A DNA stretch of 48,474 bases from Octopus bimaculoides (GCF_001194135.2 NC_068984.1:27374799-27423272); one strand, 5' to 3'. Counted from the stretch's first letter, positions 22,963-36,379 are shown. Notes: generated by a model not told the origin, from the letters alone. A program made the numbers and translations.

Positions 22963-23110
22963 GAAGAAGAAGAAGAAGAAAAATAATAAGAAGAAGAAAA
23001 AGGAAACGAAGAAGAAGAAGAAGAAGAAGAAGAAGAAGAAGAAGAAGAAGAAGAAGAAGAAGAAGAAGAAGAAGAAGAAGAAGATGAAGAAGAAGATGAA
23101 GAAGAAGAAA
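22963..23110. repeat. (GAA)n trinucleotide microsatellite
   Basis: Direct reading. Source of the poly-R/K/S/L ORFs. Confidence 0.98.
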
Positions 23111-23661
23111 TGGAAATGAAATTGATATTATTATATATATATATGTATATATACTGAGCCATGCCATATTACAGAGTCACACGCTATACTATTATTATAT
23201 CCTTATTAAATAAAGCCAATATCAATTTTTGATAAAACCAAACCTGTTAAGCTTCATTTTTTTCTTTGTTTGTTCTCATTTGATTTTGTTATTGTTTGAA
23301 TGTTATTATATAAAATTATACAGAAATTCATCCTAACCATAAGTCATCTGGAGGGAAGAAAAAGAAAAGTAGTTAGATTTCAATGAAGAAATTAAGATAT
23401 ATCATTGTTGAGCAAGTAAAACATAGAACAAACAAAAAATATATATATATATAAAATAAAAAATAGAAACAATAAATTATACAACAAAACGAAAAGCAGT
23501 TGTGGATGAAGAGGAAAAAAAAAACTTCTCCTGGTATTTTTTTCAGTCAATAGCTTGTAAATAGCTAAATAGACAAGATAGATTGAAAGAAAGAGAATAA
23601 AAGAGCTAGAAAGAAGCAGAGAGAATAAGAAAGACAGAGATAGGAAGATAGAAAGATAAAC

Positions 23662-23700
<39 letters not shown>

Positions 23701-23819
23701 CAAGGAGAAAGAGGGAGAGAGGGGAATAATGTCTAGTGTCCATAAATCTTTTTATTCAAGTGAAATATCTATCATTAATCTTACTTGCATTGGATATCAT
23801 CAAACTTGAACAAGTATTG

Positions 23820-24460
<641 letters not shown>

Positions 24461-24465
24461 GCATG

Positions 24466-24600
24466 GATTTGGTTGTGTGGTTAAGAAACTTGTTTACTAA
24501 CCATGTGGTCTCAGGTTCAGTCCCATTGCGTAGCATTATGGGCAAGTGTAAACCTTGTGAACAGATTTGGTAGAAATGGAAAGAAATCTATCGTATGCAT
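24466..24600 (+). mobile_element. tRNA-derived SINE head, partial
   Basis: TGGTTGTGTGGTTAAGAAACTTG...GGTTCAGTCCCATTGCG...GGGCAAGTG, homologous to 1697-1850 with an internal deletion. Confidence 0.7.
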
Positions 24601-24745
24601 ACATATATATGTATGTATATATGTATCTATTACCTTGGTTCAAAACAGGTAAAACTTGGTAAGAGGAAGGGCATCCAGCTATAGAAAATTTGCCTCAACA
24701 AATTACATCTGATCCATGCGATGATGAATGATGCATTGATATGTA

Positions 24746-24790
<45 letters not shown>

Positions 24791-25384
24791 NNNNNNNNNN
24801 NNNNNNNNNNNNNNNNNNNNNNNNNNNNNNNNNNNNNNNNNNNNNNNNNNNNNNNNNNNNNNNNNNNNNNNNNNNNNNNNNNNNNNNNNNNNNNNNNNNN
24901 NNNNNNNNNNNNNNNNNNNNNNNNNNNNNNNNNNNNNNNNNNNNNNNNNNNNNNNNNNNNNNNNNNNNNNNNNNNNNNNNNNNNNNNNNNNNNNNNNNNN
25001 NNNNNNNNNNNNNNNNNNNNNNNNNNNNNNNNNNNNNNNNNNNNNNNNNNNNNNNNNNNNNNNNNNNNNNNNNNNNNNNNNNNNNNNNNNNNNNNNNNNN
25101 NNNNNNNNNNNNNNNNNNNNNNNNNNNNNNNNNNNNNNNNNNNNNNNNNNNNNNNNNNNNNNNNNNNNNNNNNNNNNNNNNNNNNNNNNNNNNNNNNNNN
25201 NNNNNNNNNNNNNNNNNNNNNNNNNNNNNNNNNNNNNNNNNNNNNNNNNNNNNNNNNNNNNNNNNNNNNNNNNNNNNNNNNNNNNNNNNNNNNNNNNNNN
25301 NNNNNNNNNNNNNNNNNNNNNNNNNNNNNNNNNNNNNNNNNNNNNNNNNNNNNNNNNNNNNNNNNNNNNNNNNNNNNNNNNNNN

Positions 25385-25417
<33 letters not shown>

Positions 25418-25588
25418 CTACACTCTCTGAGTGGTTGGCATTAGGAAGGGCATCCAGCTGTAGAAACTCTGCCAAATCAGACTGGAGCCTGGTGTTGCCA
25501 TCCGGTTTCACCAGTCCTCAGTCAAATCGTCCAACCCATGCTAGCATGGAAAGCGGACGTTAAACGATGATGATGATGATGATGATAT
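25418..25588 (+). mobile_element. (GAT)n-tailed SINE-like 3' fragment
   Basis: CTACACTCTCTGAGTGGTTGGCATTAGGAAGGGCATCCAGCTGTAGAAAC...GCGGACGTTAAACGATGATG. Confidence 0.85.
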
Positions 25589-25837
25589 AATCAAAATAAG
25601 CAACAAGGATATCCAGAGGTAATGCAGTACGATTGTTTCATGCAACTCCATTTAATTGAACAATGTAAATTATTACATCAATTTGAAATGCAGATCTTCA
25701 ACTGCACAAAGACATAGAATTTAATTAAATTAGAACCGATGGACACATTAGTAATGATTACAGTGTTCAATTAAATGGAGTTGCAAGAAGCGATCGTACC
25801 GCATTACCTCTGGATATCCTTGTTGCTTATTTTGATT
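25589..25837. repeat. Inverted pair of ~80-bp repeats (family also at 16300-16390)
   Basis: Arms 25589-25668 and 25758-25837 share TGTTCAATTAAATGGAGTTGCA...GCATTACCTCTGGATATCCTTGTTGCTTATTTTGATT. Confidence 0.85.
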
Positions 25838-25916
25838 TTAATCACCTTACTTTGAAATTGTATGGATAATACCGTACTAAATTCTGGTGTCTAAACTTAA
25901 GTACCATATTCACCTG

Positions 25917-26042
<126 letters not shown>

Positions 26043-26398
26043 TATCTGTCCCACCCATGTCAGCATGGAAGGCAGATGTTGAACGATGATGATGATGATT
26101 CTATATATATATGTGTGTGTGTGTATGTGTGGTCCACAGAGGAGATCTAGATATTCTCAGTATAGAAGACAGTAGTGCTCAAAAGATTCAGACTTAAGAC
26201 TCCAAATGTCTTTACAAGGAATTGATTCCACAGGGTAAATAATAACTATAAGAGGGATCAATTTGAGCAAGTGTAGAAAGAATTATTCTGATAAAACAAA
26301 TTAAATACATCAAATATATTAAATATATTACACATCAAATACAATATATATATATATACATATATATATCATAAATATATAGGGATTGACAGTAACCT

Positions 26399-26646
26399 GC
26401 TTCTCCAACATACTGAGAATTCAGAAATAGCAGCCAAAGAACTACTGATTCCAAAACTACAAATTATTACTCTAAATTGATAGCGATATTTTCGATACAC
26501 ACAGAACAAAAAACAGTACTCTTCTCTACTGTTTTTTGTTCTGTGTGTATCAAAAATATCGCTATCAATTTAGAGTAATAATTTGTAGTTTTGGAATCAG
26601 TAGTTCTTTGGCTGCTATTTCTGAATTCTCAGTATGTTGGAGAAGC
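26399..26646. repeat. 120-bp-arm near-perfect palindrome ending at an assembly gap
   Basis: Arms 26399-26518 and 26527-26646, one mismatch seen, 8-nt loop CTCTTCTC. Confidence 0.85.
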
Positions 26647-27358
26647 NNNNNNNNNNNNNNNNNNNNNNNNNNNNNNNNNNNNNNNNNNNNNNNNNNNNNN
26701 NNNNNNNNNNNNNNNNNNNNNNNNNNNNNNNNNNNNNNNNNNNNNNNNNNNNNNNNNNNNNNNNNNNNNNNNNNNNNNNNNNNNNNNNNNNNNNNNNNNN
26801 NNNNNNNNNNNNNNNNNNNNNNNNNNNNNNNNNNNNNNNNNNNNNNNNNNNNNNNNNNNNNNNNNNNNNNNNNNNNNNNNNNNNNNNNNNNNNNNNNNNN
26901 NNNNNNNNNNNNNNNNNNNNNNNNNNNNNNNNNNNNNNNNNNNNNNNNNNNNNNNNNNNNNNNNNNNNNNNNNNNNNNNNNNNNNNNNNATATAAATGCA
27001 AAATGAGAGGAAGCAAAAGGTAGATTCTTTCAGATGATGAATATTTAAGTATAAATACTTACAGGTAAATATCTAAATATTTATACTTAAATATTCATCG
27101 TCTCAATGTCTCCACCTTTTTGCTTTCTCTCCTTTACAAGTAAACATATATACATATTTTGTTGTGTATACATACACATGCATATACAGATTTATGTACA
27201 GACAGACGGACAGACACACACACACACACACACACACACACTCATGCGCAAACTGGCTGTCTATGGTAAAGGTAAAGACATTTGCCCAATATGCCAAGTA
27301 ATGAGACTAAATTCTTGATCTCATGATTCTGAAGTAAATATTTTAACTACACACTCAC

Positions 27359-27436
27359 GTCTGCGTCTGAAGGATAATAAAAACAATGAGAACCTGATCT
27401 TTCAACTATGTCAGTCATTTGTTTGGCTACTCTCAT
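27359..27436 (-). CDS. Candidate first coding exon of an unidentified gene (MRVAKQMTDIVERSGSHCFYYPSDAD, phase 0)
   Basis: Non-repetitive sequence. ATG follows an upstream in-frame stop and the frame is open to a consensus donor GAC|GTGAGT at 27358. No downstream exon or homology could be established. Confidence 0.25.
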
Positions 27437-27951
27437 GCAAGAGACTACTTCATCGCAGTTGCCTTTAGTTAACCAGCAAATCCATCAACAAAACCACTAA
27501 CACCAACACCAATACTGCCATCCTTGAAGCAGAATCTAAAACTGCATCTATACTTAGTATTGTGAGTCATTCACCAGAGTGTTTCGTTGGATGCAACCAT
27601 GCCATAGCCTAATTAATCAAGATTGTCTTTGGTTAGCAAATAATAACATAAGCATCAACAACAATAAAACTGACACTGTTAAGTCTACACTCATCGTTAA
27701 CAATAAACAAATAATGTGTTCCTTCTCACAAGCTAAATGGAGCTGGCGAAATAAAAACAAAATATATCAAACTCAGAAACAAAGGAGAAATATAAACAGA
27801 TGGCAGTTTTTTGTGTTAGATAGGCTTTTAAAAGGTAGTTTCTTATTCCGAATTTTTGTATATAATATATAAACGTTCATATAAATACAGGCATACACAT
27901 TTACAGACATACTGACAAATATTTGTATATATATATATATGTGTGTGTTTG

Positions 27952-27982
<31 letters not shown>

Positions 27983-28039
27983 TAATGTGTGTGAGTATAT
28001 TATACATAAACATACATATACATATACGTATACATATAC

Positions 28040-28072
<33 letters not shown>

Positions 28073-28270
28073 NNNNNNNNNNNNNNNNNNNNNNNNNNNN
28101 NNNNNNNNNNNNNNNNNNNNNNNNNNNNNNNNNNNNNNNNNNNNNNNNNNNNNNNNNNNNNNNNNNNNNNNNNNNNNNNNNNNNNNNNNNNNNNNNNNNN
28201 NNNNNNNNNNNNNNNNNNNNNNNNNNNNNNNNNNNNNATATATATATATATATATATATATATAAACATA

Positions 28271-28830
28271 TGAGGAGGTACCCAAAAGTAATTGAAAACG
28301 TTCTCTGTGAGACAAACCCCTTGTAGTTCAGGCTTCTGCTGCTAGAAGCCACTTGATGTGACCCTCAGGCATCAGTCTACTGACCAGTGGCGTTGTGTGA
28401 AGCCATACAGCCATGTAGTGCTGCTCCCCTTTTCGTTGATTTTTGCACTGGCTGAAACAAAGGAACAGTGTGCTTCCAAGAAATTCTGTTTTCCCCTGGG
28501 GCAAACGGTGGCCAAAACAGTTGTCATGCTTCAAACAGCTTTCAAGGGCGCTGCCATGAGCAAAGCAGAAGCTTACAAGTGGTTTCCACACTTTAGGAAT
28601 GATCACTCATCGCTTGAAGACCTACCTTGTCCAGGATAGCCATTGACCTCCTGAATGAATAAAAACATTATGAAAATTCAGAAATTGACCTTGGAGAACC
28701 ATTACTGAACAATTGATGAACTTGTTAATATGATTGATGTGTCCTGGAGCTCCTGTCAACGAATTTTGGGTGAGGTTTATGAATGAAAAGTGTTGCAGCA
28801 AAATCTGTACATCTCTTGCTTACGTAGGAT
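28271..28830 (+). mobile_element. Mariner transposon 5' fragment (TIR plus HTH region)
   Basis: TA-TGAGGAGGTACCCAAAAGTAA terminus. Reads KEQCASKKFCFPLGQTVAKTVVMLQTAFKGAAMSKAEAYKWFPHFRNDHSSLEDLPCPG*PLTS...TIDELVNMIDVSWSSCQRIL. Confidence 0.85.
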
Positions 28831-28834
28831 CCAT

Positions 28835-29075
28835 TCGAGCTCTGGGCCTCACGGAGGCAATGTGACCAATGTTAGTGCTAGCGGAATGTTAAAGCACCCA
28901 TTACACTCTCAGAGTGTTTGATGGTTGGTATTTGGAAGGGCATCCAGCTGTAGAAAACCATGCCAAATTAGCCTGGAGTCTGGTGCAGCCCCTCAGCTTA
29001 CTAGCCCTGGTCAAACCGTCCAGCTCATGCCAGCATGGACAACGGACATTAAATGATGATGATGATGAGGATGAT
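28835..29075 (+). mobile_element. (GAT)n-tailed SINE-like fragment that truncates the mariner
   Basis: AAAGCACCCATTACACTCTC...GGAAGGGCATCCAGCTGTAGAAAACC...GGACATTAAATGATGATG. Confidence 0.8.
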
Positions 29076-29737
29076 AGCTAAATACTGTAAGGCATTTAGT
29101 CCAGTGCTGATTCCCCACTGACCTATTATATAACTTCTGTTTGTTAAATATTGCATTCTTTCACCCATAGCTGTTGGTCATCTCTCACTCACCCTCACTT
29201 CTCAGTTCTCACTGTACTATGCTCTGGTGTTTGTGAGGATGGCAGTGGTTCTCTTCTGTTCATTGTGTGTTGCTTCCATTCAAGATGCCACTGTATCTAC
29301 TCTGACCCCATCACAGTTTTCTACTACTCACTGCAGAACCCATCCACTTTCTCTTCACTATGTCACCACTCCCATCCCTAAATCCCTCCAACCTATCTCG
29401 TTGCCTATGTTTAAGTGACTACATTGGATCACATGTGTTTAGTTCAAACTAACCTTCTCCACCTTCCCTTGTACTGTCTGTCACCCTGTGTCAATCTGTC
29501 TGTGAGCATGCCCTTGTTCCTTTTCTCCCACTCATACTGAGCCTTCACCATTCCTCTGTAATCACTCTATGCCCTGGCTTATATAGACTCCTGTCGCCAC
29601 CTTGCTGTCTATCTTAGAATGCTGAATACTCCAATCACACATCCCTCTCTTCACTATCATTTATGTCTCTATTACTCATTCTTCTCCCTCTGCAAAGAAG
29701 TTTTGAGAAGAAACAGAGATGTGGGCTTGTGGCGCTG

Positions 29738-29757
29738 TTGATGATGACGATGACAGC

Positions 29758-29797
<40 letters not shown>

Positions 29798-29930
29798 GTG
29801 ATGATGATGGTGATGTGATGATGACGATGATGATGACGATGATGAAGATGACGGCGATGACAATGATGACGATGACAACGATGACGATGATGATGCTGAT
29901 GATGATGATGATCATCATCATCATCATCAT
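29738..29930. repeat. (GAT)n/(GAC) trinucleotide tract that switches to (CAT)n
   Basis: Direct reading. Source of the poly-D/M/H/S ORFs. Confidence 0.97.
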
Positions 29931-30859
29931 CTTTAGGTTTACTTTTCCATACTTGCTACATATCTCTCCATCCTTCACTTGGCACATGCTCTAAGCACAG
30001 TGCACCTATACATACAGCATAGTATTTTAAACATAAGCATTATGTAATCTGCTCTTCATTCAGAAAGATAGAGAGGGGGAAATTCATTGTTGCTAGCAGA
30101 GGTAATTTCTCTCTGAATTTTCCCAATCCCGTACTATCTACTTTCAAGGTATACATCTCCACAGCTAATTAGATCATTTAAATGACAGCAGCTACCAATT
30201 ACATCAAGTGAGCTTTTTAAGTATTTGAGAGGATTAATTTGATGGACATTCTCACAGCTAACTGCTCTGTTGCATATACTAAATATAAAGATTTCTTCTG
30301 TTAACCTGTTTGTGCTTCCACTCTGATTGTTGCTTTACATTTGCTATGAACTATATAGTTTCTACCTATTTCTCTTCGACATATTGATTGTGGTCATTTA
30401 CATGTCTTTTCTACAAATGCAAACTTTTCTCTTTTTAGAGTTACTTTGAAGCCCTTTGATTCTAGGTACAGACTCCACACTGGAATTTCTTCTCTAATTC
30501 TATGAAAGATTCAACCCTTAAAGCTGGTTCATTGATTTATAAGAGTTCTCCAAAACAGCCTGTTGTAAACACCTCTGTTAAGAACTATAATAATCTGGGG
30601 GCAATGTGGGATGATAAGTGAAATTTGACAGATATCTTTTTACATGTTAAGTTTTTGGCTAACTCTCATCTTACTGATAACATCACTGTACATGGTTTAC
30701 AAAGCCCTCACAAGCTACTCATCCACTCCTAATTTCACAATTTTTATCAACAGCCAGACTTCAGTGTGAGTGTACCTCTCAAAGGTCTTTGCTGGTCAAA
30801 ACATATTAGATATAGTGGCTTACATTTATCTAACCCAAGAACTTTTCTTGTAGATGTCT

Positions 30860-31105
30860 CACTAAGTTGTTGTTGTTGGTACTCCGTCACTTACGACGTC
30901 GAGGGTTCCAGGTGGTCCGATCAACGGAACAGCCTGCTCGAGAAATTAACGTGCAAGTGGCTGAGCACTCCACAGACACGTGTACCCTTTACGTAGTTCT
31001 CGGAGATATTCAGCGTGACACAGTGTGACAAGGCTGACCCTTTGAATTATAGGCACAACAGAAACAGGAAGTAAGAGTGAGAGAAAGTTGTGATGAAAGA
31101 GTACA
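30860..31105. mobile_element. GC-richer interspersed repeat (SINE or LINE 3' end, family recalled from octopus)
   Basis: GTACTCCGTC..TTACGACGTCGAGGGTTCCAG...GATCAACGGAACAGCCTGCTCG...CACTCCACAGACACGTGTACCC is CpG-rich against its background. Single copy in this window, so the identity rests on recall. Confidence 0.5.
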
Positions 31106-31109
31106 TCTT

Positions 31110-31990
31110 AATATTTTTTTCCTAATCAGTTGTGCTATAACTCTTTCTCTTACTTTCATAACCTGGTCCATCATTATGATATCTCTTTAGTTGCTGATTT
31201 CTTGGACATCTACTTTATCCTTGTAGCAGTTGATGATGATACTTCTATACCAGTCATTGAGTATGACATCTTCCCATGCTATGTGCTTAACTATGTGAGT
31301 GACAAGTGCATATCCTACTTTACTGGATATTTTTTCTGCATTTCACCATCCATTCCTAATGATCTAGCTGCTTCTATATCTTACGTAATCATTTCAACCA
31401 TATAACTGTCAATTTCATTGTTTCTTCTGTTGTGTCCACATGAGCTAGATCTTGTCTCTCCCACACATCCATATTCAGGAATCTTTCATAGTAACATTTC
31501 CATTATTTTCCCTTGAGTCAGTGCATCTACATGAATCCATACAGGTTTTCCTCCAACTGCATCTTGATTCTCATTGAGATACTTCTTTAAAATCTGGAAC
31601 ACCTCATCCCTTTGTTACTCTCAGTGCAGACCATTGCAAACCTCTTACTTTCAGATTCACATTTTGCTATATATAAACTCGATATATTTTGATTTTTTTT
31701 AGCTGATGGCATTGTTTCTTGTTGCCCTGCTATCTTCAAATTTTTTCTAATTCTATTCTTAGCTTTTCTGGATCAAACTACCATTCTATCACCATGTCAC
31801 ATTATGTTTGGCTGAAACCTTACATCATCCACAGATTTTGAATGAGACATATGGCAAGTTGTTTTATAAAAATCCCTAATTATTTTTGTTGTTACAAGCC
31901 TCTAACTCCTCCTTCTTGACATATACATCAAATACTGCTTTTCTGAATCTATGTTTGGCCAAGGGGCTTTTCAGTTTTCCTTCTGACTTC
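31110..31990 (-). mobile_element. RTE-clade LINE ORF2 fragment (pre-RT and RT domain 0/1)
   Basis: Minus-strand translation includes WKCYYERFLNMDVWERQDLAHVDTTE and SIIINCYKDKVDVQEISN*RDIIMMDQVMKVRERVIAQLIRKK, matching the LINE pattern 'IV..YKGKGD....NYRGI.L....MK..ER'. Confidence 0.85.
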
Positions 31991-33939
31991 CTTTGGCTTA
32001 TCCTGTTTTTCTTAGTGATTGGGCTCTTTATAAACACACACACATACAGACAAAGACACACAACTATATATATATATTTGTGTTTATGTATATACATATA
32101 CATGTAGTATTATATATATATATATATATATATATAAGTCTGTATGTGTATGTGTGTGTGTTTTTACGTGCACATATATAAATAAAAAAAATCACAAGTG
32201 TAAATATTGTAAATGTAAAGAAAACAAAATTCAAATATTTTGCGGCAGTCATGACTAAATGAAATAAAAATTAGAATACAACATTAATGTAGATTTCTTT
32301 ACTGTGTTTTTTTTCACTTATTTCTACCAAATATATATATACAAAAATCTGACAAAATGAAGATAGAGTAAGTAAGGAAATTTTATATGATAATATAAAA
32401 TTTTATGGTGCTTTATGAAAAACTAGATAACATTGACATTAATGTTATTTGTTGTATTAGGCATTACAATAATTCGATGATAACTAATGTTTGTACATCA
32501 CACTATGGTTTGTTACAAACCTTCAGGCTTCTCACTTGAACTATTTCCTTCTTATTCTTGTGGGAATGTTGCTTCAATTTTCTCTTTCTCTTTACATGAA
32601 GAGATTTAAGTATGATTTAAAGGAAGTTCTGGAGAGATTTAATAGAATAGAATAAAAATTACTACCAGCAGGAAAGTGGTATAAGTATTGTCGATGCTGT
32701 AATAAGACAGTGAGCTTGCAGAATCGTAAGAATGTCAGGAAGCCTGAAGCTGACAAAATTGTAAGATGGTTGGTAAAAGTACCTTGTGGTATTTTTACCA
32801 GTCTTTATGTTCTTATTTCAAATCTTACTAAGGTCATTTTTTGTGTTTTATCCTTCTGGAGTCAATATAATAAAATAACTGAGAAGTACTGGGGTTTGAC
32901 AGCATCATCTGAACTCCTGCCCTCAAAACTGCTGGCCTTGTGCCTAAATTATTGACACTTATTGATGTTATACTGACCAATGAATGACTGAGACTGTAGG
33001 TGATTGCTTGACCACACTTGATAGAAACAGTAAGACAAATCTTTGTCAAAGTAAAAAAAAAATCATTCTCTTTAAAAATAAAGTATGCATTGTATAATCA
33101 AGGCTTAGAATATCTATGTTGGCAGAAGAGGGGTGGATGGGTTGGTCATAGATGGAATGCCAGTGACTGTAGTTCTTTGTGATCAAACTATACTACACCT
33201 AATGCAACCACCACCACCACAACAATAAAAGCAAGAACACCAGTGTATTAATCATCAACAACTGTTCTCTCCTTATAAAGATATATACAGTATTTACAAA
33301 CTGTTGTTAAGCCTCAGGACTGATCAAACAAACCTATGATGAGAATCATTCTTACTGTGACAGTCTTGTACTTTTGTGTAACTAGCATTATATTGACCAA
33401 TACATCTTATCATTTTTTAAGATGGTTGTGTGTAATTGTAAGGAGTTTGGTTTTTATTTTTTATTTCTTTGAGTGGAAATACGTTTTCATGTTTTGGTCA
33501 GAAGTGCTATTAATAAGAGGTTGTACCACTGTCGTCCATGTATACTTGGGCTGGTACATTTTAATCAACACTGGAAAAACGAAAGATAAATTTACCTCCA
33601 TGTAACTTCTCTATCAAAGATCATGTGAATCCAAGTTCTTGTGTATTCTATCTGTGATCATCCAAGAACTCCATTAGTTAATCTAGCACAGATATCGTTC
33701 ATATTCCCTTTTCTCATTATAACCCTTAAGCTAGAAGATCACCCAGAGACACCAGAGAAAACTTCTGTTTTTGTATAATATATCTAAAGTAAATAAATTT
33801 CATAAAGTTTTGACATGTTGATTTTGGATGAATAGGTTCACCATACCAATAACAAGATCATTTTCTTGAAGCTAACAAAACTGGAAGACAGGGAAGATTC
33901 ATTCTTGACAAGCTCCTTGTACCATCGTTGGTTAATTCC

Positions 33940-35300
33940 ATGGTTAAAGCAATTTTTATCAATGACTTTGGGTTGTCTTTAGTGGACTTAAGTAAGTGTT
34001 GATGAATGGTCAAATAATTTGGACTTTCTCTAACAATGTCAAAAAAGGCAAATCTTTTTAGCTGATAACAACCAATTTAAGATTTGTGGAATATGTTTAG
34101 TTACACTAGAATGGGATGAATCCTATTATGAAGTAGAAGTGTATGCTGTTGAGCCACTCACAGCACTGGTTGTTTTAGGAGTGGATGTTTTAAGATTGCA
34201 CAAAGTGCTGATAATAAATCTAGATGGTAATAGGGAGCTGATCTCTGTTTGCGTTCCTCTTAAGGAATTAAGTTGCCAACATTTAAGCCTGCTGCTTAGC
34301 ATTGATATATGAAAATTAACATCAATCACTACGAAATCATGAAAAAATCATTGTTATAGAGGGTTCAGCAAAGGTGAATTCAAGAGAATGTTGAAAGACG
34401 GTATTATTCAAGAAAGTAGAAATGTGTAGCATGCATAATCATTTGTCATGTCAAGAGGGAATATTTTAGGTGTGAGCAGTTGACTACTTCAACACTATAA
34501 ATCGCTTTTCTTTCATTAACACTTATCCTGAAGCTAGCATTTATGATTTACTTGAATCATTACTTCTCTACTACCAACTTGAAAGAAGCCTACCACCAAA
34601 TTCCATTTCATGAAGATTTTCACTTGACAGCTTTTGAAGACAGTAACAAACTGTCTGAATTTTCTTGCCTATGCTTACCATTCAGGTGTACCAATGCTGT
34701 TGTCATATTTCAGCACATTATGGATTCATTCATTTATGATAATTCCCTTCAAAAGACCAATTCTTACATTGACGACATCATTTAGGAGGTGAAACAAATG
34801 AACATGGTTATACTTTGCCCAAATCTCAGCAAGCATCTGAGCAAGCTGGTATGCAATGTAATAAGTCAAAATGCCTTGGCATAAAATCCACCTGCTTCTA
34901 AGGGCATGTGACAGAGAAAGGAATGCCTAAACTAGATGCAGAAAGATATCAGACATTATTAAACTTGAATAATACAACAATGTTGAAGGAGTTGAACCAT
35001 TTAATTGGATTATTTGCATAATAAGCTAAATGGATTCTGAATTGTTCGGAACTAACCATGCATTTAACGAACAATTTAGCAACTATTGATAAAGAGAGTT
35101 TAACTCCAGCACCCATGGAGAACTTGTGAAATCAAGCCTGGTGGCTCCAGACCTTGGCTGGCTGTTCCTTGTAGAGACAGACGCTTCTGATGTGGCATTG
35201 GATGGGGTGTTATCTCAGGATAGAAGGCCAGTGGCATTCTATAGCTGAACACTTCAAAATGCCATCAGACACAAATCAGCCATAGGAAAGGAATCTGAAG
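33940..35300 (+). mobile_element. Ty3/Gypsy pol relic (protease end, RT, RNase H)
   Basis: LADNNQFKICGICLVTL...VVLGVDVLRLHK (protease end), EFKRMLKDGIIQES, YFSTTNLKEAYHQIPF...LPFRCTNAVVIFQHIMD...SYIDDII (RT), FLVETDASDVALDGVLSQDRRPVAFYS (RNase H). Many stops and frameshifts. Confidence 0.9.
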
Positions 35301-35879
35301 TGTTGCAGATGCTGGCAACATTTATAATTGCCATATCCTCTGCATCCAATGCATACTTTATTTTTAAAGAGAATGTTATTTTGACTTTGACAAAGATTAG
35401 TCTTACTGTTTCTAGCAGGTCTGGTCAAGAAATGACTTACAGTCTCAATCATTCATCAATAAGTGTCAATAATTTAGGCATAAGGCCAGCAGTTTTGAGG
35501 GCAAGAGTTTAGATGATTCTGCCAAACCCCAAGTCTTTTTGTTCAATAGGACAAAAATCTCAAAACTACAGAATTAAAATTTTTTTTCTTGAAGATTGCA
35601 GCTTAGTAACCTCTACTTGATCCTTAAGTACAGATCAGGTTCAAACCACATTCTACAGTTTTGCAAAGTTGCAAAGAATATGTGTGTGTGTGTGTGTGTG
35701 TGTTAGAGAGAGAGAGAGAGAGAGAGGGGGAAGGCAGGAGGGAGAGAGAAGAAGAAGAAGAAGAAGAAGAAGAAGAAAATGATGATGATGATATATATTG
35801 AAGAATGAGGTTCTACACAGAAAGACCAAATGGTCATGACTGGAAAGGCTTTCATCATCACAGGTCTGTTCAATCAGGG

Positions 35880-36379
35880 CAGGGGTCACCATGGTCGGTG
35901 GGTCGGATCCAGTCCACAAGATCAGTTCATCCCGCCTGCCACCACACTGTACCTTTTGTGTAAGTACCTGCAATGAGAGTTCATTTGCCTCTGGTATGGC
36001 ATCAATGTTTGGAACGACTTATATCTCTGAGCAAACATTTTCAAAAATGAAGTTTGTGAAGTCAGCACATCGTATGAGGTTGACTGATGAACATTTGAAA
36101 GCAATTCTGTTGGTTCGATGCAGCAATTCAAAAGCAAATATTGATGATATCTTAAAAGATAAACATCAGTTTCACAAATCTCACTAACCATTTTTGCTGC
36201 TTAGTTTGTGAGATTCAGATATGTTTGCAATGGGTGTGGTATAACTTTCTTATTGCTAAACGTTGCCTTCTTTGATAACTTTTGTTAAATAAATATGTTG
36301 GTTGTCTTTATTTTTGTGTATTCACGCTTGTCATTCTCTCATTTATCTGACCTGCTATGAACAATGTTGGTGACCCCTG
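35880..36379 (+). mobile_element. Non-autonomous hAT element (Charlie/SPIN/GTF2IRD2-like), 500 bp
   Basis: 12-bp TIR CAGGGGTCACCA at both ends and a perfect 8-bp TSD AATCAGGG (35872-35879 and 36380-36387). Internal frame ASMFGTTYISEQTFSKMKFVKSAHRMRLTDEHLKAILL...HQFHKSH* is the hAT dimerisation domain. Confidence 0.95.

Noticed and set aside
33490-33510. TGGTCAGAAGTG as a Gypsy primer-binding site
   Set aside because: Imperfect match and no adjacent LTR could be delimited.
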